A stretch of DNA of 63,431 nucleotides, filler included, from Basidiobolus ranarum (taxonomy: Eukaryota), in assembly GCA_040143965.1 (NCBI GenBank). It is 6 parts of 6 records of this genome, joined end to end, with 100 filler letters (N's around TTAATTAATTAA, not from the genome) between each part and the next. Parts side by side here need not be neighbours in the genome. Positions count along the whole stretch, not along the records: positions 42,400 to 52,874 come from JASJQH010000703.1; positions 52,975 to 63,431 come from JASJQH010000704.1; 4 more parts are not named here. One strand, given 5' to 3'. Each line of letters begins with the position of its first letter. Position 1 is the stretch's first letter. Both the position numbers and the translations under genes were made by a program. The notes under the pieces are model-generated. The model was not told the origin of the DNA, ran no database searches, and worked only from the letters and a program-made list of their open reading frames with translations. This document shows, piece after piece, positions 45,915 through 57,800 of this stretch.

Positions 45915-48889
45915 TTGACTCAGATTAACATAAATGCTACATCAAAGTCACGTCTTAAATCGAGTATATATATTCCGGTGATTTCCTTTGTAGATCAGCA
46001 AATGAGTAAGGTTGAGTTCAGAGAGAAGGATAGGCAAGCGCTCGAGATCCAGAACTGCATTTCTCTAGCTTGTGCTATTTCTGGAAATAACTTTGATGCC
46101 GTGAACACTCATCTTCTGCGACCAGGAACTACCATACATAGCGTGGTAAAAATCGCCTCAGAATCACGCCACAAATACGTTATTGCCGAGTCTGAAGAGA
46201 ATGGCCTAAAGACAATATATGTGGCATTCAAGGCTACAGAAACCAAAAAGGATATTCTTACTGATGTAAGTATTGCCAAGTATACATCACTAGGAAGCTT
46301 CGATGTAAATATTCACACTGGCTTTTACTGGGAGGCAATGAAGATCTCTTTGGGCTTTTTTATATCCAAGTTAACTCAGAGAAATCAAGAGAATATCAAA
46401 CTTATCTTCACGGGTCACTCTTTGGGAGGTGCAATTGCCAAATGTGTCGCTCTTACCCTATTACAAATTCCTGAGATCAGACAAGAACGACTTTCTGTGT
46501 ATACTTTTGGTTCACCACCCTTTGGAGATGCTAAACTCGCTGAGTTTTGTAACACAAACCACTTCCGGGCTTTTATCGCATTCCGCAACAACCAGAATGA
46601 TATTATATCTATCGCTACCGAAGTGGCTCTCATTATGACCGCAACGCTACATGCTCTTGGTGGAAACATATACGACTTTCTCCACAAATCAAGTTGTGCA
46701 TCGATAGAGTCTCTACAATATTTTATGGACAAAATTAGTAAAATCACAAATATAGACAATTTTATCCACTTTGGGCAACATTATACCTATTCTGACGTAA
46801 CAAAAACGTGGTCTCTTATGTCCGAGGTGGAAATTGATAGAAACGCTCGAGAAAGCATCGATACCAACGCATTGCATAAGGAAGGGGTTGGAAGAACAAT
46901 CAAACATCACTACGTGGAGGAATACTACCGGAATCTAAATCAGTTTCCTGAAATAAGAGATATTAGAGAATGCTACTCAAATACTTCGCCCATTTCGCGT
47001 TATACTGAGTGTCTACCGGATATATCTGAGGTTATAGTACTCTCAAAATACAGGATCGACCGGGAACTCTACTGTGATCTCATCATTAGGGGAACGAACA
47101 TTTGCCATACTGTCTTCTGGCAGAAATAGAAGTGATGCCCTTGGAAATTGGAAAACACTGTTACATCAGAGATAGCTAAGAGAGCTTTAAAGATAGTTTC
47201 TAAAGATATCTCAAGAGAACAGTTCACGTAGGAACCAATCTTTGGTTCGGTGCGAAAAACCGTGAACATAGTTGACCAAACCTCTAGGAGTTGGGAAAGA
47301 CATATTGAAAGCATGGGAATAGGAGAATTACTTAACGTTGGCTTCATATTTTCCGCCTATGAATTCATTGATAACCAGCAACGTAATCGGCTCTGTGTCA
47401 TCATGGACGACTTGGAGAAGGTTATTGGCAACCAGGACACTGGAATCTACAAAATAGAACTTGACGAAGCGTATGAGCATTTTGTCAAACTACTAACTGG
47501 GTAGAGCTCGGTTCAAGATGATCATAGAAACAGTCAATCTGATACAGATCTGAAACCATTTTCAACCGGTACATCTATTATAAATACAATCGTCACCCCA
47601 ACGAGCGATACTATGACTTATACTGGGGCCAGAAGAAGTGTTACAGATATTGGAGCATACGAACTGCAACAACGCCTAGCCAAGAATGTGACTCTTAGAG
47701 TTCTCCATCTATTCATGGCAGGCGATATGTCCCGGTTCGTAAATCTTTCCAAGAAGATTGGAATACGTATGGATATCAATCCTAGTTCCTTGTTAATGCT
47801 TAGAAAGTGGGCTGTATATGTATCTAAGTTTCTGGTATCCACTACCGCCTTATCTTTTGTTCCCTCTGCATACACTTTAAGGTCCACGGTTCGAAAACTC
47901 GACCAGGATCATCAATACAAAGCATCCCTATACCTGAAGCATATGGAGAAAACTCAGTTCAATGCAATAAGTAAAATACTTGGTAAATTGAGTACTATCT
48001 CTACCAAGTCGTACTCCACAACAAAGAAGATACAAAACATAGAGGAGTCTATTTATAAATTTTTACGAGAAAAAGGTCTAGCTACATACGAAGATATTAC
48101 ACGAATCAGGGTCAGTTACGAGAACCTCGATGTTAAGCCGTACAGGGATTTCATCGCAGGGACAAACCTATGGAATGCCAAAGAGAAAGTGGTACCACTA
48201 CTTAATATCCTGGAAGTCACCATGATGGTACACGAAATACGCGACATCATTAGAAGTTATTATGTGGTCAGGATTATTGGAGACACCAGGTCAGGAAAGA
48301 GCAGTTTCTTGTACAAACTGGGTTTCGACTCGAATCCCAACACATCAGAAAGAATACTTGATGTAAAGGTTCACAGAACTCAAACAAATAGTACTAAGCT
48401 TGTAATGGTAGATTTTCCTGGGATGGACTCACACCCACAGGCCACTCAAGATAACATCTATTACAATGCTATGATCATTGGCACGTATGTCGTCATTGAA
48501 AACATCGAAAATGCACACAACAGTTCCAATTTTACCGACATGTTGGCAAAGCATATGATAAGAACGCAAGACAGCAGTAACTACATGATCTGAGCCATGT
48601 TGATGTATACATACTGGATATCCTCAAGAAGCACGACATCCCAACTGCGAAAGAAATACTGGAATCCGTGATTGCACAACTCCGAATGAAACTTCAACAT
48701 CTAACTCCAAATGCTGAAATATATCCTGTATGTCTGGTTTTGGATTACAACAACCTCCCTGCAGGGCTCGATGAAGGCATCTTGCAATCATGTGGAGTGC
48801 TAGATTCAAGGAGAATGATGAACAAGATTAAATGTTTGCTGAATAGAGAGGGCGTAGCATGTGAATTGGATCACTTTAACTACCGATAG
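45915..48889 (+). pseudogene. Disrupted lipase class 3 (alpha/beta hydrolase) plus C-terminal P-loop GTPase fusion gene
   Basis: ORFs at 45915, 47250 and 47613 share one frame, split by stops at 47127, 47133, 47229 and 47502; FTGHSLGGA, YTFGSP, NDII; GDTRSGKSS (G1), DFPG (G3); a 4-nt deletion near 48590 shifts the LSHVD (G4-like) segment out of frame. Confidence 0.8.
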
Positions 48890-49369
48890 AGATGTCCGTA
48901 AAGTAACAACACAACAAATAAAATAATATTTGCTATCAAAGTTTATTTTCTCTCAACATAAACCTTATATTCATGTTTACTTGGAGGAACCAATCACCGA
49001 ATTGTTTGGTGGTATAATCTATGAAGAAATGCTGGCATAATTGTTAAATCACGTGGATCAGGGTAGCTAGGTAAACTCACTATTTATCTGCAATCACGAT
49101 TGCCAGATTCCCGCTGATCTCTTTTGAAAGTTTAAATTCACTGAAACCTCAAACTGAATATATATTAGATCACTTGATTACCAGTATCGTAATGAAGCCT
49201 AGCCATCTTAGGGTCAAGACACTTAGTATAGTAATATATAATCTTCAGTATAACTTACTGAATCAATAATCTGACAATGATCAACACATGATGGAGGTCT
49301 GACGTAGCATCATTTGCCTTGACTAATAACACATGTGTACATTCAGGTCTACAATCAACTGATACCCTT

Positions 49370-50090
49370 CTCCGAAGAAATATATAACTGATGTTGCTTG
49401 CGCGAATAAAGAACATCGTGTATGAATTTAAACAAGAATATAGGAAGTCTCACTATAAATATATAATTGTCATATCCGATGAAAATAACCTGAAAACAAT
49501 CTATATGGGATTATTGGAGACACAAGGTCAGGTAAGATCAGTTGCTGATACAAATTAGATTTCGACTCGAATCCCAATACATCGAAGAGAACACTTGATG
49601 TAAAGGTTCACAGAACTCAAACAGATAGTACTAAGCTGTTTAATGGTAGACTTTCCCGAGATTCGCTCATGTTAACGGTCGCTCAAGATAATATCTATTA
49701 TAATACGATGCTCATGGGCACGTATGTCGCCATTGGAAATATCAAAGGTACCCTCAATAGTTTGTATTTCACCGATATCTAGGCAAAGTATATGATAAAA
49801 TTGCAAGATAGCAGTGACTATATGCTCTTTCTGAGCCATGTTGATGTATACATACTAGATATTCTCAAGAAACACGATATGCTAACTACGAAAGAAAGAG
49901 TGGGATCCGTGATTGCACTTCTACTTACGCGAATTCGCCATCTTACTTGACGTGTTGAAATATATCCAGTGTGTCTAGCTTTGGATTACAACAACCTCCC
50001 TGCAGGGCTCAATGAAGGCATCTTGCGGTCATGTGGGGTACTAAATACGAGGAGGATGGTGGATAAGATTGAATACTTTCTGAATAGAGA
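49370..50090 (+). pseudogene. Internally deleted tandem second copy of the lipase-GTPase gene
   Basis: 49509-50090 aligns with 48271-48848; the preceding HYKYIIVISDENNLKTIYM matches RHKYVIAESEENGLKTIYV near 46170-46225. Confidence 0.88.
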
Positions 50091-50585
50091 AGTTTCTTCA
50101 AGTTTCTTCTTGTCAGCAGCTTCTAGTTGACCAGTGCTTTTCTCATTTTGCAACGCATAATGAAGATCTAGCATTCCGGCTCATAGAAGAGACATGAGAG
50201 GCGGCTTACTCATCTTCAACTGTGTACTTCTCACCTTCACTTTGTTAATCTTGGAGTCACAGAGAACGTTTTCAATGGGGCTTATAGTAGAGCGGAACAG
50301 ATCTTGGCCGAGTTTCTAGAACCTAGCACGAGTTAATGAGGTGTAGAAATTAATACCCCCAAATAAGGAACCAATATCAGCAGTTGAGTGTTCCAGGATG
50401 ACGAAGAGCACGGGGAATACTAGATAAATCCTTCTTAATCTTGCGTTTGAACTCTGAGGCAAAATGACTAATTTAAGTGAATGTCACTGACAGTAAAGTT
50501 GGATTCGGAAATACTACCTTCAATAGTTAAAAGACAAACTTCGAAGGCGACACCACCAAGATCGAAGATGATTACATGATAGACA
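50090..50585 (-). pseudogene. Heavily deleted cytosolic Hsp70 (SSA-type) relic
   Basis: Minus strand gives VIIFDLGGVAFEVCLLTIE, EFKRKIKKDLSSIPRALR, SLFGGINFYTSLTRARF*KLGQDLFRST, EGEKYTVEDE and LEAADKKKLEE. Confidence 0.88.
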
Positions 50586-52095
50586 GTCCATTAGGGTAAT
50601 TCTGTCACTCGTCAGTTGTTAATAACCGCAAACATGGTAGTAAAAATAAAACTATAATCCTTGAAGTTGAATGGCTGACTAGTGTTAATCATCAGGAAGG
50701 ACGATATTTCCAATATTTATGGCTTCTTTCGTAGGGTCTATAACGCTGAACAATATTTTATAATTTTTATCTAGTCTATAACCCTGATTTATTGCTAAAT
50801 GCTCTCAAGAGAACGTTTAGGCTCTATATTCTCAGAAAACAAGGCCAAATATATCCCACTTCTTAATGATATCAAAGAAAATCTGCTCTCTGTGCTTGTA
50901 ACTTTGTCACCACGACATACTAAAAATCCTCCAACCGACTATCAAGTAGAATTTGATCACCTTCACTGTGTATATTTCAAGCATTCCATTATCTAGTAAA
51001 AATGCATATCTGGACCAAGATCCCCATTGATTCGGTAGAGGAAACAAGTTTAATTAATAATTGCCAAGTCATCTTTTCCATAAAATACGTCCATTACGAA
51101 CAAGGCAGTACTACCATAGTCTTCTTAATCTAGTACAAGGGTACGGATGTCATCTGAAGCAATGGGCTACCGTTACCCAGTTTCAGCGATAGGCATAAAT
51201 CAAAGTGGACCAAATAAAAGGAATAGGTAGTGGATTGGATAGGTTTTAAACACGACGTGTAACACTCAATGTGTTGCAAAACTAAGATAGTTACAGTTAC
51301 TGTTTGTCTCGACTAAAAGTATCGAGTTATTCATAGATATTATAAGGTGAACGTACCATGACCGAGAATTAAAACTTGTACCTGGGTTAGAAAATTTATG
51401 CATTATAGGATGATTATTTTCCTTAGATCAACGTTACACTAATAGGCCCAAAATGTGACCCAGCTTTACCCTTAGCGACACAATGAGTTTATAATGAGCA
51501 ACTAGGTAACGTTCAGTTAATCTAGATTAACGATCAGCTAGATCCGAGACTAAGATGCAATTTGATATGGTTACCTGCTTAGAGGTTAAAATGGTCAATG
51601 TGCGAGTGTTACTCAAAGCTTTCCTAATAAGTAACATAGTTTAATGTATCTAGCGTGTACTATACAAATGCAACTACCTCCCCCCAAAGTCAGCCAACTA
51701 AACTCCCATGGTATGGTGCAACAAAAACGTGCATAGTTACAATATTGAACTATCACTGAGCCGGAGTCACAAATTAAGGTTTTGTTACTTCTTAGGTGAT
51801 AAGTAAAATTATAATATTCTACAGGTATATACATTTATTGGGCTCAAGGTAACTATTTAGATACTACCAACAACTAACTCTAAGAACATGCAGCCTTCCC
51901 ACTTTCTAGTCTTTACCCTACCTCAAATAGGTTGTTCTTGTTGTACTTGGTGTAATTAATACATTATAGCAACACAATGCAGCTTCCTACCATCATCTGA
52001 TCCGAATGTAACTGTCGCATGACGATTATAAAAGGGTGAAGCTACACCTCGTACTTCTTTACACCTATATTTTCCCTCAGACGATTGTAACGAAC

Positions 52096-52874
52096 ATGCG
52101 CCTTTTAATTAGTTTGGTGTCAAGTCTGGCTCTGATCAATACTGCTTTTGCCTGGGATGTCTTACAGGTATGTGTTCTAATCTCCAGTCGTAAATAAACA
52201 TCTGCCTGCAATAACTACGAGCTAATAACATATGTATTTAGACCACTCGATATGGCTATCGCTGCTTCGAATTCAAAGGGGGACAAGTAGTTATGCAGCC
52301 ATGCCGCTCTGAAAATTCTGGACAGCGAATTACCATCCGCAAGTGGGGTCCTAGCCCACCTGGTCTATTTTACGGTGTGATCTCGGCTCCAGTTAAAGGT
52401 GTCGATCAATGTATGTACGCTGATGGATTGACTCTCAAGGTAAGTAGTAAAATTATGATACCTACGTATGCAGCAATGTAGAAACTAATCATAATTGTTA
52501 ATGTAGTATTCAAAGTGCAGCGGTAACGACAATGATGCGGCAAAAAGACATTTTGCATGGGAAATCTTTCGTAAGTATCATTAATAATTTTAATGAAAGT
52601 ATCTATGCCAGTTTCAACTAGGTATACAAATTCATATCATCATGGATACTAATTGATGAACTGGCTTCCTCTGTAGCCATCAGCGAAGGATTATTCCAAT
52701 GGCGAAATCATTGGTACGATAAACATTGTGTTACTGAAGATGGTGGTTCTGGTGCTGCTCGCCTTGAGGATTGCAACGCAAGTAGCCACGGCCAACAGTA
52801 CGTATACAATTCAAGAGTTTTTCCTTCATTCTTGCTCTTTGCGCATTGAATTAACACTCTCATAGCCTTAACTG
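52096..52874 (+). CDS. Small secreted ricin-B-like (beta-trefoil) lectin; exons 52096-52167, 52242-52439, 52507-52570, 52677-52797, 52866-contig end
   Basis: TATAAAA near 52027; signal peptide; four GT-AG introns keep the frame open; three Cys-x(11-14)-Cys repeats followed by Q/W (RCFE..QPC..GQR; QCMY..SKC..FAW; HCVT..EDC..GQHLN). Confidence 0.75.
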
Positions 52875-52974
52875 NNNNNNNNNNNNNNNNNNNNNNNNNN
52901 NNNNNNNNNNNNNNNNNNTTAATTAATTAANNNNNNNNNNNNNNNNNNNNNNNNNNNNNNNNNNNNNNNNNNNN
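52875..52974. other. Artificial contig-join linker
   Basis: N44-TTAATTAATTAA-N44. Confidence 0.97.
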
Positions 52975-53905
52975 GCCGGTTGCAGAGAAGCTCAGTTGGC
53001 TAGCTCAAGTTCTAGAGAACCGGCGCATCCGGGTCCCACAGGATCCGATCCGAAGTTATTTTCTCAGATTCACTAGGTATCATCTAAGCAGATGGATGCC
53101 TAATTTATATGAATCCAAAAGGTTCATCCAAAAAAGCGTGTTCATGATTCATAGATATCTGCCTTCTATAACCAAGATCTACCAATCAAGATACCACAAG
53201 GGTATCCCCTGATTGCCATTAGAACATGTCATAATGACAACAAGTGTATCTGCTCCATCACTAAGCACCACGACGTGATAATGGATTAGCATTGGCGTCA
53301 ACTCCAATCTTCTAGAAAATAGGCAGCCTAGTCCTAGCCTAGCCCTAGCATAGCCAAGAACCATCCTCATGTTTTATTTGAACGTGACTAGTCGATTGGC
53401 ACCAACAGGGCATGTGAGGGGATGGATCTTTGTTAAGGATGATTTATTAATAGTATGGTTTTACATGATTAATGGATAATTGCGATTGTTCCGATACTAA
53501 AAAGGTTCTAATTAGAAGCTCGTACATGATGTAGATTTAGAGGTACATAGTGAGCAGATAGACGTGTGGGTTTAGTGAGTTTATGTTTGACTACTTATTA
53601 TTATGGCGTTTATATATTAATTCATTCGTGAAAAGTAGATACGAAGGTAGGAACTGTTTGGTCCACAAAGAGTATTGTAAAGTAAAAATGACTACATTCA
53701 AAAAGAACAAAGGGCAAGGAGTTGTTCAATAAAAGTACGATAAAGATTTGCTAATCAAGAAATACTGTAATGCACGTAAAAATATAGCTGTACGAAAGAA
53801 TAAAAACCGATAAAAAATTCCTCAAGACATTGGGGTAGGAGTAGTAAAGATTGTCCATGTCGAAGTGACTGAAGGAAGGTAGCAATAGAAAAAAATATCT
53901 TACGT

Positions 53906-54607
53906 TCACAAATAAAATAAGTGGTTGGAGTAGCAGCCTAAGGAAAACTTCCGCGAGTTACCGGACCAGGTTTTATCGTTGGGAACATCATTGGAGGGTA
54001 CCGCACTATCTCTACAGAAATATCTTGACAGATAGGCTTGATTCTCTTGAGGAGTGGTGGCAAGTGAATTTGGAGTGGATTGTGGCTCACCTGGTGTGTT
54101 GCGCATGATGCAATGCGCATGCGGATCGTCAATCTCAAATCTCTCCTTCGACTGATGGAAGTAATAAGGAGGTGTTGCATGAGACTGTGGCGACGAACTG
54201 TCATAGTCCATGAAGGATTCCTCAGGGGCGTTGCTCGATGACCAAGACCACTCCATCTCCTCATCAGAGTTATCGTATTCATCTTCGTCATCATGCAAGT
54301 CCTCCAAGCATGAGTCAAACCAAGATTGCTCCTCCAATTCTATAGTGGGTACCGATTCACTTTGATAGTTTCCTTTCTCCCGATCAGCTATGTACACTCC
54401 TTCTTGCGATGGTGGTAAATGGCGAAATAAGTTGTTAATTAGAACCGCTTTGCGAACTCCTTGGTCTATTCGTGATTCAGTTATGGACAAAAGTTTTTTT
54501 TGTGATATAGCGTATAGGTGATAATATACATCTTCATAATAAACGGCACTATGAGTAGGAGGATACGAGTATTCCTCGTACCTCGTACTTTGATAGTCGA
54601 TAGTCAT
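53906..54607 (-). CDS. 233-aa, mostly disordered protein with a SERTA/IER-like helical hairpin and an acidic region
   Basis: First in-frame ATG at 54607; LYAISQKKLLSITESRIDQGVRKAVLINNLFRHL resembles the SERTA pattern SxxKL...LRRxVLIxN; EEQSWFDSCLEDL followed by a D/E tract. Confidence 0.65.
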   Translation of the reverse strand: MTIDYQSTRYEEYSYPPTHSAVYYEDVYYHLYAISQKKLLSITESRIDQGVRKAVLINNLFRHLPPSQEGVYIADREKGNYQSESVPTIELEEQSWFDSCLEDLHDDEDEYDNSDEEMEWSWSSSNAPEESFMDYDSSSPQSHATPPYYFHQSKERFEIDDPHAHCIMRNTPGEPQSTPNSLATTPQENQAYLSRYFCRDSAVPSNDVPNDKTWSGNSRKFSLGCYSNHLFYL

Positions 54608-54624
54608 GTTGAGTGGGACGGTTC

Positions 54625-54741
54625 TTAGTCGTAGAAAAGATTCGTTCTGTGACGAAATATTGTTTCCGAACGCAGGCGGTAGTTGTTGTGGTGTAGGTAA
54701 TGAGGACGCCGGGGGCTTAGAGAGTTTGTTAAGCGCTTCAT
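54625..54741 (-). promoter_or_regulatory. Long upstream ORF (uORF2, 38 codons)
   Basis: ATG at 54741 in atcATGa context: MKRLTNSLSPRRPHYLHHNNYRLRSETIFRHRTNLFYD*; stops 17 nt before the main ATG. Confidence 0.6.
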
Positions 54742-54866
54742 GATACTTTGGAAGGGGGATAATATTGCTTGAATAAATCGAAATTCTTTCTTTAGAAGGA
54801 ATTATCGCAGACAGATAGCTGGTAGTAATTAAATGGGAAGAAATACTAGGTAGGTTGGGGGGCAAT

Positions 54867-54878
54867 CTAGAAAGCCAT
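54867..54878 (-). promoter_or_regulatory. Short upstream ORF (uORF1: ATG GCT TTC TAG)
   Basis: Strong context ataATGG; lies downstream of a TATATAAA box at ~54968-54975. Confidence 0.55.
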
Positions 54879-57800
54879 TATCGCAATTTCTAATGTCAAA
54901 ATTTAAAGAAAGAAGGGGAAAATAAAGAACGGACACACAGTAACGAAATCAGATCATCCTCATCTCCTTTATATAATTTTAGGTGAACCTCATGAGACCA
55001 TGCCCTTGCTGCTGGTCACTATCTCTCCTGAAACTCTACCCATCTGATCAAAATAGCCGTTTGGCCAACCAGAATTTGTGATCCGCCAAATGTAGCTCAA
55101 GATTCAGATTCCGCAATTGACGACTCACATTTGGTAATCTCACTTGGAATTCTAAAGATAACCATTCATAATGGTGTGATCACATCGTGCATAACATGAT
55201 GATAGATACCTTGAGGATACCAGGATTACTGTGATAGTTGCGACATGTGGGCTATTCTCTACACACCATACGTGATTTCTCTAGATACCTAAAGCAGCTT
55301 TTGGAGTCTGGGCTTCTACCAAAACACCGGCGACAGCAGGGAGGATATGGGTAGAAGCCTCCTCTCACTACGATAGATCATCTTTATCGGACAATGAACG
55401 AAACTCGAGACATAATGGTATCATTGCCCACCATTTTGCCTATCACGCTCAAACACCAGATCTTTACTTGTAGGAAAACATTAGCACATAGGTTTTAGAC
55501 CATAATGACGATGGCGATTCCTCGGTCATTGGGCTTGCAGCGATTCAAACATCCCGTGACGAATATCCTTTCTTCCTTCGAAAGTCCCAGCTGCCTCATT
55601 CCCGACAAGATAAGCGACGGTTCGGAGATAGTCGAAAGGACTTCCAAATTCGTTAGATCATGGGCAACCAAGGAGATTGGACGCAAGTAACACCTTGCGA
55701 ATGCATCCACTAGCATCCCCAAAGCTCCGATTCCCCCTCAGAAATCCAGTCACAAGGTCCACCAAACAGTCACACAACCTCTATCAACAATAAAAATAAC
55801 CATATTCCGTCCGGCACGTGACAGGACAGCCCTTACTCCAATCGACCATTTCGGCTTAAATTGGTGTGTAACTTGTGACTGGATGGATGCCAAACTAACC
55901 GCTTACTATTATTTATTACGTCCGATCTTGACTTTTTTAAGATATGAAACGGACATGTCTAAAAGCAGACTCGAACGCGCAATATGTGCACCCTTGTAGG
56001 TGGACGAAGAGCAAAGCATCAACAATCACCAAACACGGGAATTTCAGTGAGACATGTATAATCCTTGTCCAGTTTTAGGCTTAGCCGAAAGTTTAGTATC
56101 TCAAACAGTCATGGATTCCGTTTGGCGACCACAGGTGTTGGAAAGTTTAAGAGGTCCCATTGAGACTGGGGTCACTAATGAAATGCATAATTAGATCTGC
56201 TGGCCATGTATTGCTGGCCATCAGATGTTTGGTCAAATCTCCCTAGTGTAATCGATGGCGATGCGCCATTGGTGTGCCGCGCGACTGGCAAATCTATTAT
56301 GTTGTCAACTCATGCATCCCTCGTGTTTACTTCAAATTGCTATTGACGGATAAGAGTGCATCAGGATGACTCTTAAGGCATCACAAGATCAGCCAATCTC
56401 GAGCCTTGCTACCTCTTTTTTGTAATAGCTGCTGATTGACGGGAAACGAATACACTATGCCAGAATACTTGGTCATGGGAATAGTACTAGTGAACGTTTT
56501 CTGAGTGCTCCTTACAACTCAAGTGCCCGCTGTCTGCAAAAAACTAGACAGATGCAGCTTCATGATACGATGGAATCCTCCGGCTACAATCGGAAGCTCA
56601 GAAGACCCAGTGTGTTCCCATTCGGTCAAATGAGAAGGAAGGGGTGAGACGTCTCAGAAGCTGGATACCCATCTGTTAATACTGATGAAGCACGGGCTAG
56701 TATATGGTTACGTTCAGTGTACCCTTTCTCAATTCACTTTCCATTGTATCCATGCGAATAGTCTCTACCTGCAAGGCCGTACCGGCTAAAAGTTACAAGT
56801 ATCCTACACTATGTGACACCGAAGTCACATACTCAACGCGGCAACAACGAACACTTGACATGAACATGCGATGTATAGCCTCAGATGAGGTGCGAATATG
56901 TGACTGTGAACAACTTGAGTTGAACTGGTTACTGCCAAGGTCCAGGCTACCGATGAATTACATTCCCGAGTCCGATTCCGATCCTAATCATGAACAGAGC
57001 TGGGTACTCACCGTATGTTTTAACCTGTTAGAAGTGCATTCTTTTGCTAAACCCTGTGATCATCAGGGAATCCCAATATGGAGTAAAGGCACTTGCAATT
57101 TCTGATGTTCAATTAATCTATGCATCCCTCCAATCTATTTTGCTCATACCCTTCTGCCCCTACGGTCAATAAGTTTCAAAGACCACAGTCGTTGTGTAGA
57201 GAGAATTGCATCATTTTGCAGCTATTTATCGCCACTACTCTACCAAGCCATTATTTACATCATTGGGCTTCAACTGCACTTCAATTGGCAGCCCAACTGC
57301 CGGCAAGTTCTATTTTTAATATTCGGAATAAATTAAGCTTTATCGCCTTCGCTTTTGCCTTTATCCACTAATGCTGCGTTGGGAGCAACGAATGTTAGTA
57401 GTTTCCATCCTGGTGCTCACCACTAACATTAATATATGAATTTATGGGACTTGTCAATGAAATAATTCCCATTATATCAGGATCGTTCATTTAGTTACTG
57501 ATCCTTGCCCCTTTGAATAAATTATCGACCATAGCTTCAAATAAGGTAACTGGAAAATTGGATTTGAAATTCCACCCCAGGCCAGATTAGCATCACATCT
57601 CTTTAGCTCTTCGACATCTCGGTTATCCATCCTCACTGCCGCATCTGATGTTTCGGCTTTTTCTGGGGGTTTACTTGAACTTGCTTAATTGGCCGGGGAT
57701 CTTGGGGATCGTTTTTTTTCAATCACTAATGTCAAATTGAATCCGTGCTGTATACGTCATATCTAGGTTGATCTGCTTGTTACCTTACACCAATGTTGCT

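Noticed and set aside
47127-47504. Several in-frame TAG stops in the lipase-GTPase frame suggested stop-codon reassignment or readthrough
   Set aside because: There is also an in-frame TGA and a 4-nt frameshift deletion, and intact genes here (NDUFB10, chitin deacetylase, HRD3) end in TAG; pseudogenisation is simpler
52975-53024. tRNA-like segment (GCCGGTT...AGCTCAGTTGG...AACCGGC)
   Set aside because: The 7-bp stem encloses only about 36 nt, with no anticodon arm or GTTCRA T-loop; at most a hairpin at a contig edge
54608-54865. TTG-started 319-aa version of the SERTA-like protein as the main product
   Set aside because: A good-context ATG at 54607 precedes the conserved domain; the extension is low-complexity and is kept only as a possible non-AUG isoform
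55495-57371. Short ORFs in the long intergenic region of contig 6
   Set aside because: No recognisable motifs, mostly non-ATG starts or overlapping on both strands; probably non-coding regulatory DNA
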